DNA of 64,000 nucleotides, from positions 1-64,000 of the forward strand of contig CDMY01000370.1 of the NCBI GenBank assembly GCA_001179505.1, in the 5' to 3' direction. The notes beneath the pieces are model-generated. The model did not search any database. It saw only the letters and a list, made by a program, of their open reading frames with translations, and had not been told where the DNA came from. The first letter of the stretch is position 1. The number at the start of each line of letters is the position of its first letter. The stretch is from Vitrella brassicaformis CCMP3155 (lineage: Eukaryota > Protista > Chromerida). The position numbers and the translations under genes were made by a program. Positions 36,786 through 50,850 of this stretch are shown here, one piece after another.

Positions 36786-37055
36786 TGACTGACGGGATGG
36801 ATGGATGGATGGATGGACTGATGCTTTTCTATTGTCGAGGAAGTGAGATGGATGCCTGGAGTGAGCGGTGGGGCCGTGTACAGAGAGGGATGGAAGGCCA
36901 AACTGACCGGTGTGCAGCAGATCTATCATCTTGTGCCTTGCGTATCCATGTATGTAATTCGGTTTATGAACGGACAAGTGACCAATGTGGTCGTGTGAAC
37001 TGAATGGTCATGTGTACAGATATGGTCCGTGTGCCACGTCAAACCATGCGCCAGG

Positions 37056-40000
37056 CTACTGATAGAATTCTGCTCTGGTTTGCTGGTTGATGCGGTGGTT
37101 GAGGTCTCGTATCTTTTCTATAACGATATCGAGACTCTGCGCCTGCGATAGGTACTCCAAACACTCCTGTTGCAGACATCCGCAGACGACACAGGGCACG
37201 CACATTCACCAATGTGTGTGTGTGCCCTCTGTTTATGATATACCTTGATGTTTGCGGCGTTCATCTCCACACAATTCTCCTTGTACGTCGCCAAAGTCTG
37301 CATCCATCCATCCATCCATCCATAACATCTACACCGCTTGAAAATGTCTCTCCCGCCTGCTGTCCACCCCACCTGCAGCAGGTATAGTCCGTTAAGTGTG
37401 AAGTCCGAGCTGGTGGTCTCCCTGAGGTCGGCGATGAGGGTTTTGATGACGAACTTGCCCACGCGCTGCTTCGTCTGCCAGTCGTTGGTGCACAACTGAC
37501 GCAACGCAAACAACACCTGCAACGAAGCGGCAACAGCAACACAAAGAGTTCGTTCCGTGTTTATGCTTGTGCCGGTGATAATGCGTTGACCGACCTTTCC
37601 CTTGAGTGGCGCGCTAGGTTTGCTGTTCTGGAACATGTACAGGAGACACTCTATCGTCGGATACCTATGCGCATGCATGAGACAGACAGCAAGTGCATCT
37701 CGACCAGTCGATCAGCTCATGTCACTTGACTTTGGCAGGCCTACCCCCGCTTGCTGAGAAGCACCCTGGAACTCTCGTCGTTCCCCAGCTGACTGCACGC
37801 ATGAAGCGTAAGGACCCATTGGACAGACTGTACGTGTGTCTCTATGTCTGACGCCATCCATCGTAGGTACCCTATGAGTGAGGACAGATGCGTGAGGGTC
37901 TTGTGCTTGTGCATCTGGTTGTACGTCGACTGCAGTCATTGCACGCACACACACAGCAGCAGCAGTGAATGCCCCTGGCTGCACATTGATTGCACAGCCA
38001 GCCCTCTTCCTCACTGTCAGTATGTCGATGGTGATCGGGATCAAACCTGATGAGGCACAGACATACACACATCACATATGCACACGCATATCCAACGCAT
38101 GTAGAGGGTCTGTGTCTGTGTACCAGCCGCGCAGCAGGCCGCCCTGTGGTGCACGCTTTTGGTCAGGTTGACCAGCAACGTCAGCGTGTACTGGATCAAA
38201 TCATCCTCCTACCAAGCAACACACAGACATACGTGTAAGTGTATCTATGAGTGTAGTCATCGCCGGACGGACCTTCGATCGCAGGTTTTCGACACAGCTC
38301 TGAGCAGCCCCAGACGATATGAGGACATTCTGCGGACAACGGAGAGAGGAGTAAAGTCACGGACGCACGTGTTTGCTCTGCGTGTCAGTCACCTTGATGG
38401 CGTCGTTGGCGGCGCTCAAATTGGTGAGGGCCGCCGTGGCATAGGTGGCCAGGAGGGGCGTGGCGGTGCGCATCAGCCCCACGAGGGCAGGCGTGATCAC
38501 GCTCAGATACTCCTACACAAAAGTGGCCACAATCGCTCACACCAGGCTCTGTGAGGGATTTGCCTGCCCACCTGCGACACGTTTTGTTGCGATTGATGCA
38601 GCACCTGTCGGCAGATGGCTGCCTTGAGGCTGGACGAGCAGGGCGAGTTGAGCAACACGGCAAGCAGATTGGCGTACCCACCGTCAGCACTGACACACAT
38701 CACCCACACACCAGCGTCATGGGATGTATTGCATTCCATCTCCCCTTTGTGTGTAGTGAGAGTGCTCACGAGCTCTTGTGGAAGAGCTTCTGCACGTACT
38801 GCGACTCCAACATGACCTGCATGGTCGACACAGCCACGGGTGTACTTGTGGCGTTGTCTGATCGACAATAGATGGCCGCTGACCGTGAGGACGCTGTCGT
38901 TGAAGCAGTAGTCGGTGCCGAATGTGGCCTCCTTGACGGCCTTGACCAGCGATGTGCTGTAGAAGGGCTTCAGCATGTCGCGTGGACGCAGGTGTAGCAG
39001 GAAATCCAACACCTGACGCAGTTTCTGCACTCAATACAGCACAGAACACAGCCCTCCTTGTATTTGCGTGTCTCTGCATGTGATGGGTCTCTGTCTGTCT
39101 GTCTGTCTGTCTCACTGTCTGTCTCACTTTGTCCGCTTCCGTGCCCACTGCTCCGACCGAGTCGCAGACATCAGCTAACGAGAACTTGCCGCCTGGAAAA
39201 GTGAGCACAAGGTTAGCTTGTGTGTGCGTGTATGTGTGTGCGTGTATGTGTATGCACCTAGAAGGCCGCCATCGACTGCATATGCGAGGTATCTGGCTAC
39301 GCGCATGACCCACTCGTTGCGATAGATCTCCATGTCCTCCGTCTCGTCATGAGGATCCAAACCTACACACATCACACACAACACACACAACACACACACA
39401 CACACGAGACAGACACTCATGCCTGCCGCCCCCACCCATTTGCCCACCGAGCTCCTCGCCGCTTCTGACGATGTCGTCCTTGACCACCAGCGGATCTGAC
39501 ACCACCGGAACGCCATCCAAATCAACCGTCAACAACTCTGACACACAGAGGCAAAGGAAGGTAGAAAAGCCGAGTGCTGCACACGTGCGTCGATTGATGG
39601 CTGCTTTGCTACCTGGTGTGGTGAGCACGTTTTCGTTCTCCATGATCTTGAGGATGGATTTGAGGAACACCCTGGCCTTGTCCGCTACTGACGGCTGCAC
39701 TCAGCCGACCGGTCAAACACACAGAATGCTGATGGAATGCATTGATGCGATGCATTTCGTTGCTGTGTGTCACCCACCTGCAGTTTGAGCCGTGTGCTGA
39801 GCCACTGGAAGCCCTCCTCGTTGAAGCTGAACACACACAAACACGCATGACAGGTGTGAACGAATGACGTCTGTTACGACTCACAGAAGGGCATTCAGCT
39901 TCGCTTCGACCATGTCACGATACCTGAGGAAAGAATGAATACACATGATGTTGTATCGGCACGTGGGTGGGTATGTGGATATGATACCCACCAGACGTGT

Positions 40001-41912
40001 TCCTGGGTGAGCGTCGCAAACAAGTCTGCGGCCAGCCGGCACTCGTTGACCAGATCCTCGTCCTGCACAAACCCATCTGACACACCGACCGAGATAGCAT
40101 CCACAGCCCATCGATGAATGAATGAATGAATGGATGAATGTAGTGCGTGGCTGCCCACCTCTGATGTTCGAGTTGTCTACGCGGAAGACGATAGCGAAGT
40201 CCTGGGCCGTGTCCATTAGCGGAGGAATGTCTGATGGGGACAGATACACGGAATCACGGGCAAAGGGGTGCACATGTGAGTGGGTGCGTGATGCACCGTA
40301 CGTTGCCTCCTGAGCAAGACGCAAAAGATGGACACGTCATTGTGCGGCTCGCGGCACTGCAGAAACAACTGACGAACGAATTGACGGACGGACGCACAGA
40401 CAGAGGAGGGACACACAGGGAAAGGAGACATTCTCGACCAAAGGAGGGATAAATGCGTGGCGAGTGGCTTGCTGTCTGCCTGCGTGCATACCTCCCAGCC
40501 CATCCAGGTGGAGATGTCGTCCGCCAGGTTCATCTTCTTGTAGTAGGCGTTGTTCTTGACCACAAAGAAATGCTTCATGTTCTCCTGTCAAGGGCACACA
40601 CATACACACACAGGCAGATAGCCATGTTGCCCTTTCCTTCCTTGCTCCCCTCTCCGTACCGACCGTACCGTGAGTGCCTGTTTGTACTCCATGGCCACCC
40701 ACCGGATGTGGTCGCGCTGAATCTGACGATACACACAGACAGACAGACAGGCAGCAACAAGGAGGATGTCGGTTGATGTGACTGGGGTGGTTGCTTACCT
40801 CCTCCAGATGGTACAGCGGGAGAGGGTCGTGCACGTGCAGCGACACGTAGATGCCTGACAAACACGCAGACAACTAGCATCCACCCTTCCTTCCTTCTGT
40901 GTGTGGCAAGCTTACTGACCCCTCTCTGAGTCTAGGTACATGCCCGTGTCCTTCGCTGACACCGCATTGGCGCGATCTGCAACACGGCACCAAGCGACGT
41001 GCGCAGGTGTATGTCCCATCTATAAGGACCACCGGCTGACCCATGAAGGATTGCTTGAGGAAGAGGCTGTAGCCCTCGTACCGGACCTCCTTGTACCTGT
41101 GCGTGAACGAGCGAACGAACGATGCCAGGATGAATGAATGGGCATCAGGTGTGGGCACGGCCATCTATCTGTTCCGACCGACCCTTCGAATGGTTTGACT
41201 CTGGGCAGCTCCTGCTGGCGGCCCTCCTCCATCAAAGGATGCTTGAACCGGGGAAACACACACACCTGCAGGCACAACATACATAGCACAGCACGGGTGT
41301 GTGTGAAGCCATCTCCTTGTGTGTGCCGCTGGCTGTCGTACCTTTCCGAATCTGAACATGTAGTCGGTTTGCCATGCGACCATGATGAAGTCGACGAGGG
41401 CCTCGCGATTCAAACTACTCACAAACAGCTTCTCGCTCTGCCACTCAGGCGGCTGACACACACCACACAGAGAGAGAAAAGAGAAGCCATTCCCGCCATC
41501 CATCCATCCAGCTCCCCTTCCGTCCCTCCCTTTCTCACCCTGTCCTTTGAGAGTATGAGTAGGAACTCCGTGCTGTTGGTGTCCTCAACCAGCTTCTCTA
41601 CGTGGGCGAAGAACAGCTGCCCGCCACGGATCAACTTGGACATGTTGCGCTGGAGGAAAAACACCGCTGACAGACAGACAGACAGAGAGAAAAAGGATCC
41701 ATCTGTCCACCCATCGCACAAAGCAAGCCATACACATCGATGGATGCACCATCTGCCAACGCCCATCCGTCTGTCGGAGAGCTACCGTGTTTGCCGACGC
41801 ACATGTAGACTTTTTTGCTCCTTCCCATGAATTTGAGGGTGACGAGGTCGAAGTACCGCAGCTCCGACTTGGTCTTGAGCGCCAAAGGCGCCAATATCGC
41901 CAGATCTGTCAT
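37056..41912 (-). CDS. Large multi-exon hypothetical protein, helical (possibly ARM-like) C-terminal half
   Basis: More than 15 GC3-rich exons, e.g. MTDLAILAPLALKTKSELRYFD, LPLYHLEE|IQRDHIRWVAMEYKQ|ENMKHFFVVKNNAYYKKMNL, ending RINQQTRAEFYQ*; family not recognised. Confidence 0.7.
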
Positions 41913-42008
41913 GATTGTAGGACCACTTGACGAGCTAAGCTCGCATCAACGTGTTTACAAGACAATCAGTTGTTCCCTGAGTTAAAAGGCTTTTAGCACC
42001 ATGCAGCA

Positions 42009-45000
42009 ATGCCCTCCATGCGCATGGTTGCACTGACAGTTGTGTTGTTCATTGGCTACATCTGCTTAGGCAGTGCATTCGTCTTCCCTCGCTGGCTGCA
42101 GCGCCGAAACGCACACAATAGACGAAGATCCCACCATCCCACCCTCCCCTACTCCTCTCTCTCTAGCCATGGGAATGGGCACTTGCCCAATGACAGGGAG
42201 AAGAACGGCGACAATGGCCAGCACGGCAGTCGACCAGCAGCGGGGGATGGCGCGGGTCCCGTGTATGACGCGCCTCTTCGCAGTGAGCGGCTCGTGAGGC
42301 GTGTCGGGCAGTTCCTATACAAACACAAAGGTCAGCACACAAAAGCATGGTTTTCCTGTTTGCTCGATGAGTGCTTGTTTTCCTGTCAGTCCCGTTTCGC
42401 TCATACCACTCTTCGTCTTCTCATGGCTTTGTTGGCCACCGTGCGCCACCCTCCCCTCCTCTCACCGAAGACACCGTCCCCGAGCCGCCGCCCTCTTTTC
42501 CCCCACCCAACCACACATTTGAGTCGGCAAGCCCACAGGCCATCGAATCGTCGATGCCCGACGGTTCGTCAGACTCGGCCATGTGGGTTGTGCCGGCCAT
42601 CCCTCTCAACTGGCCACACCAACACAACGAAGGGAGTAATGAGCAGCCGGGACCGTCTGATGGGATGGCCGGGGATGGAGTCAGATGTGATGAGCTGAAC
42701 GGCGCCAGCTGTCTTCGGCATAAGGGGTGTGCGCTTGTGGGCGATGCGTGCCTCGACTGGCAGGCGGTCAACATCACTTCATGCGACGACGTGACCCGCC
42801 TCAGCCGACACACACTCAAGTGCAACCCTTCGTCCACAACCTCATCCCCACGGGGGCTTCCAGAAGTCAATGAGACAGCAGCACGCCGGCCGTCAGCACC
42901 CCCACCACCAGCAGATGGCGACGTGCAGCACTCTCATGCTGCCAATGAGAGTGGTGCAGCGGCCGAGGAGAGTGATGTGGATGCCTTAGAGGCGGAGGAA
43001 ATTGAAGAGGATACCGACAAACCTGGTCAGTCGTAAGTACTGACGGGAAAAGACAATCGCTGACGGATGTTTGTTGTGTCCGTCTTTGGTCAGACTACTG
43101 TGCAGTGATGTCATCCCTGCAGCCAGTGGCCTCCACCATTGACAGTGACCACTTCATGGGCCTCGGCGAGCACTTCACAGACATACAGGGATGCTACAAA
43201 CCCATATTCTCACTACCAGTACGCTCACACACACGCAGGGAATGCCATGGTGACATCACATGCAAGGATACCGCCTCTCGGTTCCCCCCTAGGTTGGCAT
43301 CTTACCTTCCAACGCAGGCGGCATTCTTCGTGTTGTGGCCGTCATCCGCACACGCGTCGAGTCCCCCACCCCAGCCGTCCAGACAGCCATCCGACTGCTC
43401 AACAAAGCCAACCCCCTGTTCCTCGTCCAAGAGGCCACTAGCAGACGCCAACAGCATCAGCAAGCACCCTCACGCCTTCATCTGGCCCTTCACGTGGGCA
43501 CTGCTGATGGCGGCGTGGCATATGGGGTGGAGCTGCCGTCTGCGGGAGAGGAGATGGTTGGGGACGTGCGGTTCATGGCTGGGGAGGGGTCTGTGGAGAG
43601 CGATGTGCCGATAGAGGTGACAGAAATGGTGGAGGAGACATATAAACAGAAGGGCGACCTTGACAGCAAGGGAAAGCCCTGGCGAACAGCATTCATGGTA
43701 CGCACCATGCACATTGTGCACCGTACAAAGGATGATCTTTTCCCAATTGCTTTTCCCATTTGCCTATGCCCCCCACACACACAGTTATCTCCCGCCGACG
43801 GCCAGGTCCGTGTCTCTCTGCGGAGGGGCTTTGGAGGCTACGCACATACCTTTGCATTAAAGAAGGGAGCGCTCAAAGGCCCAGCATCCGTCCGGCTGAT
43901 CGGCATCTCAGGGGCAAAGCCAGGTGACATCGGCACATCACGTCACGGACATGCATGATCATGCTCTCTTTCAGTAAGTGGCGTGACTGTCGAGTCGCTT
44001 GACGCTGAGGTGTCTCCGTGTCTCAAGCCTCTCCCCACCCAAGCCCCTTCACCGCCCCCTCTCCCCCCACCAGATACAGACATGGAGCCCAATTTCGACG
44101 CCGTCGACCGCGACAGCAGAGGCGACGGAGAGGAGCCCACAGATCCAGAGGCCGACAAAGAAATCCCTACTGAGGAAGAAGGTAAAAGGCGAGTTTGTCC
44201 ATGGCAGTATTTTCATTCTGTGTATGTGTGTGTGTGTGTGTGCGTGTCTAACCTCTGTATGCAGATTGCGTCCATTGCGGTCAGCTGATGGCCTGCATCG
44301 ATGGGTGCGAGGGCGGGCCGACAGCCAAGAGCCCCGTGTGCCTCCAGCGGTGCTATGACGAATTTCTCGAGGACGAGGGGCTGCACACATATGACTACGG
44401 CTGGAAGATGGAGCTCGACACGACGCCACAACCACTCGCCGAGACCACCACCACTGCACAGCCGACACCTGCAGCTACGACGGCCCTCCCGCCGCAGCAG
44501 CCGGGGGCTCCTGTGGCCCCCGTGGCACCACCACCACCACCACCGGCGCCCGTGCCAGGAGCAGCTAACCCTCCCGTGCATCCAGCACCAGCCGCCCCAG
44601 TCAACCCAGTGCCGCCTGCTGCTCAGCCAGTCGAAGATACCAACGTGACCCAGCCATTGGCGCCCACACCTCCATCTCCAAGCCCCGTGGCGCCCGTGCT
44701 CCCGCCCCCACCTCTGCCACTTCAGCCGTCCAATGCGGCGGGCAATGAACCGCCAGTCGCTGCCCCTCCAGTGCCCCTCACACCCCCACAGCCTGTTCTG
44801 CCCCCAGCCAACACTACCCCTCCCTCTCCCCTCCCGCCGATCGCCCCTGTGGCCCCTGCTGTGTCGAAGACACCACAAGGACCAACATATGAGGAGGGCA
44901 CGTCAGTCCCTCCGGCGTCGAGCGAGGTGCCTCCTGGTGGGGGATCGACGACAGGGGTGATAGAGGGTGAGCTCGTGACCACCACGACCACCCCTGCACC

Positions 45001-45433
45001 CACTACACCGCCGCCTGAAGAGGTGTCTCCCGTGACGATACCTCCGCAGCTGGAGCAGCAGATGGAAGAACTCGACAGAGGTACGTTGGCAGAGACAGGG
45101 ATGGGGAAAGTATATGCCACGGCGTGTCTCCTTGCAGCCAACGAGTCGGTGGCAGACAGGATGGAGGAAGAGAAAGAGGAGCTGAAGGAGGAAGGTAAAG
45201 GCAAAAGACACTAGAAATCACCAGGAGCCGCACAACCATCCTCGGTGTGTGTGTGTGTGTCCGTTGTTCATGCAGCAGAGAAGGCACTGGATGAGGCGGA
45301 GAGAGCGGTGCAGGGCACCACAACGACAGTCGTGCCCATCGCGGCTGATATCGAGTCGGCCAGCCCCTCACCATATATGACGAGTGATATCATGACGACT
45401 TTCGGTCCAGCCAACACAGAGGGACCATCCTGA
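42009..45433 (+). CDS. Secreted/surface Pro-Thr-rich (mucin-like) protein with small Cys modules
   Basis: Signal peptide MVALTVVLFIGYICLGSA; Cys blocks CDELNGASCLRHKGCALVGDAC and CVHCGQLMACIDGC..CLQRC; long P/A/T-rich exon 44288..45080. Confidence 0.68.
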
Positions 45434-47345
45434 CTAGTGACATGTACATGAATGGCACTGTGTGCATATGACAATGACAATGACAATGACAATGACTTGG
45501 TGACACTGAAGGCGCATGTCATCGCATCGACAGCGGATTATTATGGGAAGGATTCACATACAGGCGATTCATTCATTCACGTAGGCGTATTGTCCCGAAG
45601 AGTCGAAGACGCTGCCACGCAAACAGCCACAAACAGCCACACACAGCCACACACACACGCACACACACACACACACGAGACACCAACCTGCCGACACTGC
45701 TGCCGCTTTGCTGACATCTGCGTGTCCGTATTGGTCCTTTACTGAGCTATCGTCTCAGTAAACACTCACTCAGTCAATACACCCCACAACGAGAGAGAAA
45801 CAGACGGGCGGCCAGACAGACAGAGACCCATCAGGCACAACACGTGTGTGTGCACGTATGTATGTATGTGTGCGAATGTGCGTGTTTATTTCGTGGTGGA
45901 TGGACCATGGTGTGGATGCCCTGTGGACCCAATCGACGCGTGTTTTTGCGTTCTGTGTTCTTTCTTACCGGCAGTGACAATGCACGTGAGTCAGGGTGAA
46001 ATCGGCAAGCCACCATGCATACGTGCGGGAGTCACTATGCACAGTACCACACATGCATACACACAGCCCTCGACCAGTCATGACCCACTTAAGGCAGCCT
46101 GTACATCCATCCCTCCCTCCCTCCCTCCCTCCCTCCTAATGCCGTGGCAGCGTCGCGTCTATACCGCTCTCCCAAAGGCGATGGCCTCCATCAAAGGCAT
46201 TATCACTACAGGTACCTACCTACATCCACACACATGGATGCAGCCGGCGGCCAAGCTGACATGTGTTCGTTTCGGTGCGGTGTGAACACACAGAGGGTGG
46301 ACGTAGATGAGGCCATCTCTGTCTGCAGTGTGACCCTCCCTCCATCGCACCCGCATGGGGAGAGCGTCGCGATGCCAATACGCATACGCGTCGTCTGCAC
46401 AGCGCAACGAGGCCACATACCCATTGTTGTATGGCGGGATCTCCCGTATCGCACGCACCTCTTGATGGGCATCCTCGCCGTCACAGCGACTCTAGATACT
46501 TGCGCAACCACGTGACCTCGAAATCCACACATATCTCTCTATGGCTGAGAGGACCCTGAGGCTCGGCCCAGGGCTCCACGGCCATGCTCACCCCTACGGC
46601 ACGCGCCTGTGGTTGGTGAAAACACCACAATGGATGCAACAGTCAGTCGGCCTCGTTTGAGCCTCATCTCTCCTGTGCCAGCCGGCATGGCATCTGAACG
46701 AAACACCGCAATCCGATGAGAGTGTATCAGGGACGGATGAGATGAGGATGCATCTTCACCTCGACGAGGTGGATCTCATCTCGTCGATGCTCTCCGAAGC
46801 CATACCTTGAGCCATACGAGGGGGAGATCTGCATCCGTGCTCTTGCTGTCGAGACTGGGCCCCCTGCATGCAAAGAGGTGGCGGACGAGGGGCTACAGGA
46901 ACTCTCTGAAGGCGTACAACAGCCACTGCAGACGTTCGCATTACTCTCGGTGAGCAGCCCGTGGCCCTAGTCGACCGAAGAAGAGAGGAGCTGGAGGCGC
47001 CTTTCGTGCATCATGGGATGTGTTGCTGTGTGTTGTGTGTCGCAGGTTGCATTGAATGGACCGTTCTTCGCGTCACTTTTGACGTGCGCGTCAAACGTCA
47101 CCTGACGGGCGCGGCAAGTCAGAGGAAAGGTGACTCCTCAAGCAAGATGAAGGGAACGATGCACTGACTGTCGCTGTGCTCCTTTGAGTACTGTCTGCAG
47201 CCCGCTCGTATCTACCATCGTACCATCGTACCATCCTATCGTTCGTTCGGGAGCAAAGCAGCGAAGGTAACGACGCACACAGACACTGTCAGACATACAG
47301 TCAGTCAGACAGACAGACAGACAGACAGACAGACACAGACGCTGA

Positions 47346-48316
47346 ATGAGGCCATCTGTGTTGGTGGATGCAGGTCTCGCTCGTCGGTCTGTTCGTTTGT
47401 TTGCTTCCCAAGGCTCTCACTCACTCACTCACTCATTCGGTCACACACACTCTCAGGTAGCTAACACACGCACTCTCAGACAGCGAGAAAGGTTGGTTAT
47501 CGCTTCGCTGTTGCCGTCCTTGGTTGTTTGCAGTGATGACCGTTCTTTCTTCTCGACGGGTGGCAGTGGGGAGACGCGCACGGTACTCTACATCGGCACG
47601 CAGGCCTCGCCCGAGGGTGCCCTGGCCCAGCTGGAGATGTTCCGTGAGGCCGCACGAGTTGCCAGAGTGACGCACGCCATCGGCTTCATCGTCGAGGCGG
47701 CAATTGTGCACGACCCGCAATACGAGCCACTCATGAAGGCCATCTTCTCGACACCGGCCGGCGATCGGCGCTCAACCGTCATCTTCGTGGAGGGGGCCGA
47801 TTTCACCCTGGGGGACAACCCGGTGGCCATCATCTTCCCCGCAGACTCCACCAACGCCGACATCCAGGCCACGCACACGGCCGTGCTCAGCTTCGGCAAC
47901 ACCGGGCTCCTGCAGGCGCTCATCTTCCACAACACGGTCAAGACCAAGATACAGCTGCAGGCGCTGGGCATCCACGGCCTGGACATCGGCGTGGCCGTGA
48001 CGGACGTGGCCGCCATGCCGTACATGCAATCCAACCTGTCGCCCTGGGTGCGGCAGGCCGCCTCCAGCATCCCCGAGCAGGCCGACTTCCACTTCTTCTT
48101 CACGACCCGCTCGTGTGTGCCGGGCACCGGGGATCTTCCGGATGTCATGCAGGTGCAGGACATCAGTGTGGCGTGCCCTCACCAGGTGATGACGGCCATC
48201 CGCGCATTCGAGCGCACCTACAGCTACGGGTTCATGATCAACGGCATGAACGAGTAAGCAAGCCAACAGACCGGGAGACAGACGGGGGAGGCAGGCAAAG
48301 TCACCATGGTGACACA

Positions 48317-48354
<38 letters not shown>

Positions 48355-49673
48355 TGTGTGTGTCTAGGCCGAACGACTGTGCAGCCGTCCTGTGCTTCTC
48401 GACCCCCACCAAGCAGCAGCCGTCGTTCATGGCCATCCCGATCGACGCACTGGCCAAGGGCCTCTTCACCAAGGACGCGCTGATACGCATGCTCCTGTGT
48501 ATCACCATGAAGCAGTGGAGTCTGGAGGACGAGGACGGCACCGACACGCCCCTGATGGTCAAGAGATTCTACGGCAAGTTCCGCGCCAACGTCGAGCACC
48601 TCATGACGCAGATCGCAGCACTCAACTCGGCCCAAGAGGCCACGCTAGCGCTCAAACATGGACTGCAGCGCACTCTGGACGGTCAGCGGCTGCACATCGT
48701 GGCTGCATCCATCCATGTGTGCACGCCTGTCTGCCTGGTGTGTGCGTGGTGTGCTCTGCAGCGTTGGACCACATCACGGCCTACTCCAAGACCAAGACGG
48801 AGAGGGCCTGCATCTTCGCCAACCGCTACTACACGGATCTGGCTGCGGAGGCTGAGAGGAAGGGTCTCCGCGTCAAGAGTCTTGACTTCATCCCTGACGT
48901 CTTCCAGCCGGAGGCCAAGATGAAGGAGATCGGCTACGAAGCGGCTCTCCGGGCGCTCATGGACAAGTTCGACGTCACCGACTTCTCTAAGGTCGTATCG
49001 CAGGTGAGAAACGGGCAAAGGGCACACACACTCGTCCCTATGGAAGATGGTTGGTGTGTGTGTTGAGCTTCCCAGAGGCCCTCCCGCCCAGTTGAGCAAG
49101 ATTACAGCAACTTCTTCAGCTTCACAATGCGTGACGCTACGGTAGAGTTCGACGAGTTCAAAATGGAAGGTACGATACACCCGCACGCACACACAACGAG
49201 TGCCCACACCCACGCATGCAGGATGAGTCCACTGTGCGTGCGATCGATAGGTCAGAGGGTCAGCGGCCGCGTGGTGATCGGCGTTGACGGCGTCATGGTC
49301 TTCGGCAAGGAGCCCCCCCCCGACTTGTCGCTCTTGGCCGACGAGAAGGAGCGCGATGACGCCATGGCCCGTTTCCGCGCCCGCCAAGCCTCTGAGCTCC
49401 AGAAGATCATGGAGATCCAGGAGCCCGAGAAGAAATGGCCAAACGTCAAGGACGAAGAGGGTGCGTGCCGGCACCACACAAGATGGCATACCGAGTCGGT
49501 CCAATGTGTACGTGTGTGGTGTGTGTGTGTGTATGTGTGAATCAGCCTTTGCTGCCTTTGCTGCGCTGTTGAGCAGCGGCCCCTACACGGATCTGCAGAC
49601 GACCCTCCCCAGTGCCGGTCCCCCGGCCGAACACGATGACACTGCCGATGAGGATGACGTTCAGGGGATCTGA
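47346..49673 (+). CDS. Hypothetical globular protein, multi-exon
   Basis: Long GC3-rich exons (47536..48250, 48366..48660, 48760..49000, 49076..49148, 49250..49460, 49545..49673) join in frame; start uncertain. Confidence 0.7.
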
Positions 49674-50850
49674 CTGACTGACTCACTCACTCACTCACCG
49701 ACCGACTGGTGTATATATGTGTTGTCTAGGTCTGTCCGCCCTTCTTTGCCTTTTGTTTCCTGTGTGACGCGTATGTGCGATGCCTGCCTGCCTGCCTGCC
49801 TGCGATGAGTGCATGCATATGTAGCTGTGGTGTATAGGTCTGTCTGTCTGTCTGTCTACCTATCTGGCTGTGGTATCCGCCTCGATTCGTGACCGCCACA
49901 CCACACGCCCAATCTGCGTGCTTGGTCTTGTCTGCTGTGCGTTCGGTCTTCCCTTCTCGCATACCAGACAGAGACAGCCGCATCTCAACACCTTCTTTTG
50001 CCTCAGTCGCACATGCAGTGGCCCGTGAGCAACAACCAGCTTGCCTGCATGGGATGGAATGACACGGGTGAGGGATTTTACCGCATTCATCCTGTTGGCC
50101 AACCCGGTCTGCCGGCTGACATGCAGTGATAGACTGACTGGTGATATGCGGGCGTGGCGCTCTCTCCTCTCTGGTGCACATGCACTCCTCTCTCTCTCTG
50201 CATTGATGCCACCTTACCGCTGCGCATGTGTGATGGTTGTGGTTGATTTGTGGCAGCCAGCGAGCCAGACAGCGAATCTTGCTTCATGCATGTGGGCAGC
50301 TGGCATGTCATGGCTCGTCTGCGTGTCTGTCTGTCTGTCCGTCTGGCCGCGTGGACGTACGTGTGTATGCATGCAATTGGAATGGCCGCCCACCCATCTC
50401 GGTTTCATGCTCGCACATACGTATCAGCGCCGTGTATGATTGCAGAGAGGCCATCTTTTTTGAAGAACGGCGGTGTGTCTGACTGGTTGAATTCGAAAGG
50501 AGGCTGCCTGTACGATGGAGGTGTCGCATTGGGGGCGCAAAACGACAGAGCAGTCTACACGGGTGTCTACCTGCCTTAATCATGGTGTACTCGTGCAGCG
50601 CTCGATGGCCGACGCACTACACCTCGTGTATAGCCACACACTTAATTAATTCACACTGCGTGTATGGATCTGTGAACGACTCGCGTGTACGTCTTGAACT
50701 GAATCCATCCATCACATCACATCAGTGTATCCGAATGGTCCGTCCATCATGCAAGAAGGAAACGAGATATCAATACGCAAACAGACCACCACCAGCGTCT
50801 CAGTCCACTGCACATCGCGCGCCTGTGGATGGTCACCAGCTACCCTGAAG

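Noticed and set aside
47213-47240. Short tandem (TACCATCG)x3, and (CAATGA)x4 at 45474
   Set aside because: Simple tandem repeats without spacers; not CRISPR-like
5362-50375. Repeated TGCATGCA (e.g. 5362, 16940, 23097, 23767, 49810, 50368), an ApiAP2-type motif in apicomplexans
   Set aside because: Occurs in TG/CA-rich introns and spacers without consistent position; local composition could explain it without a background model
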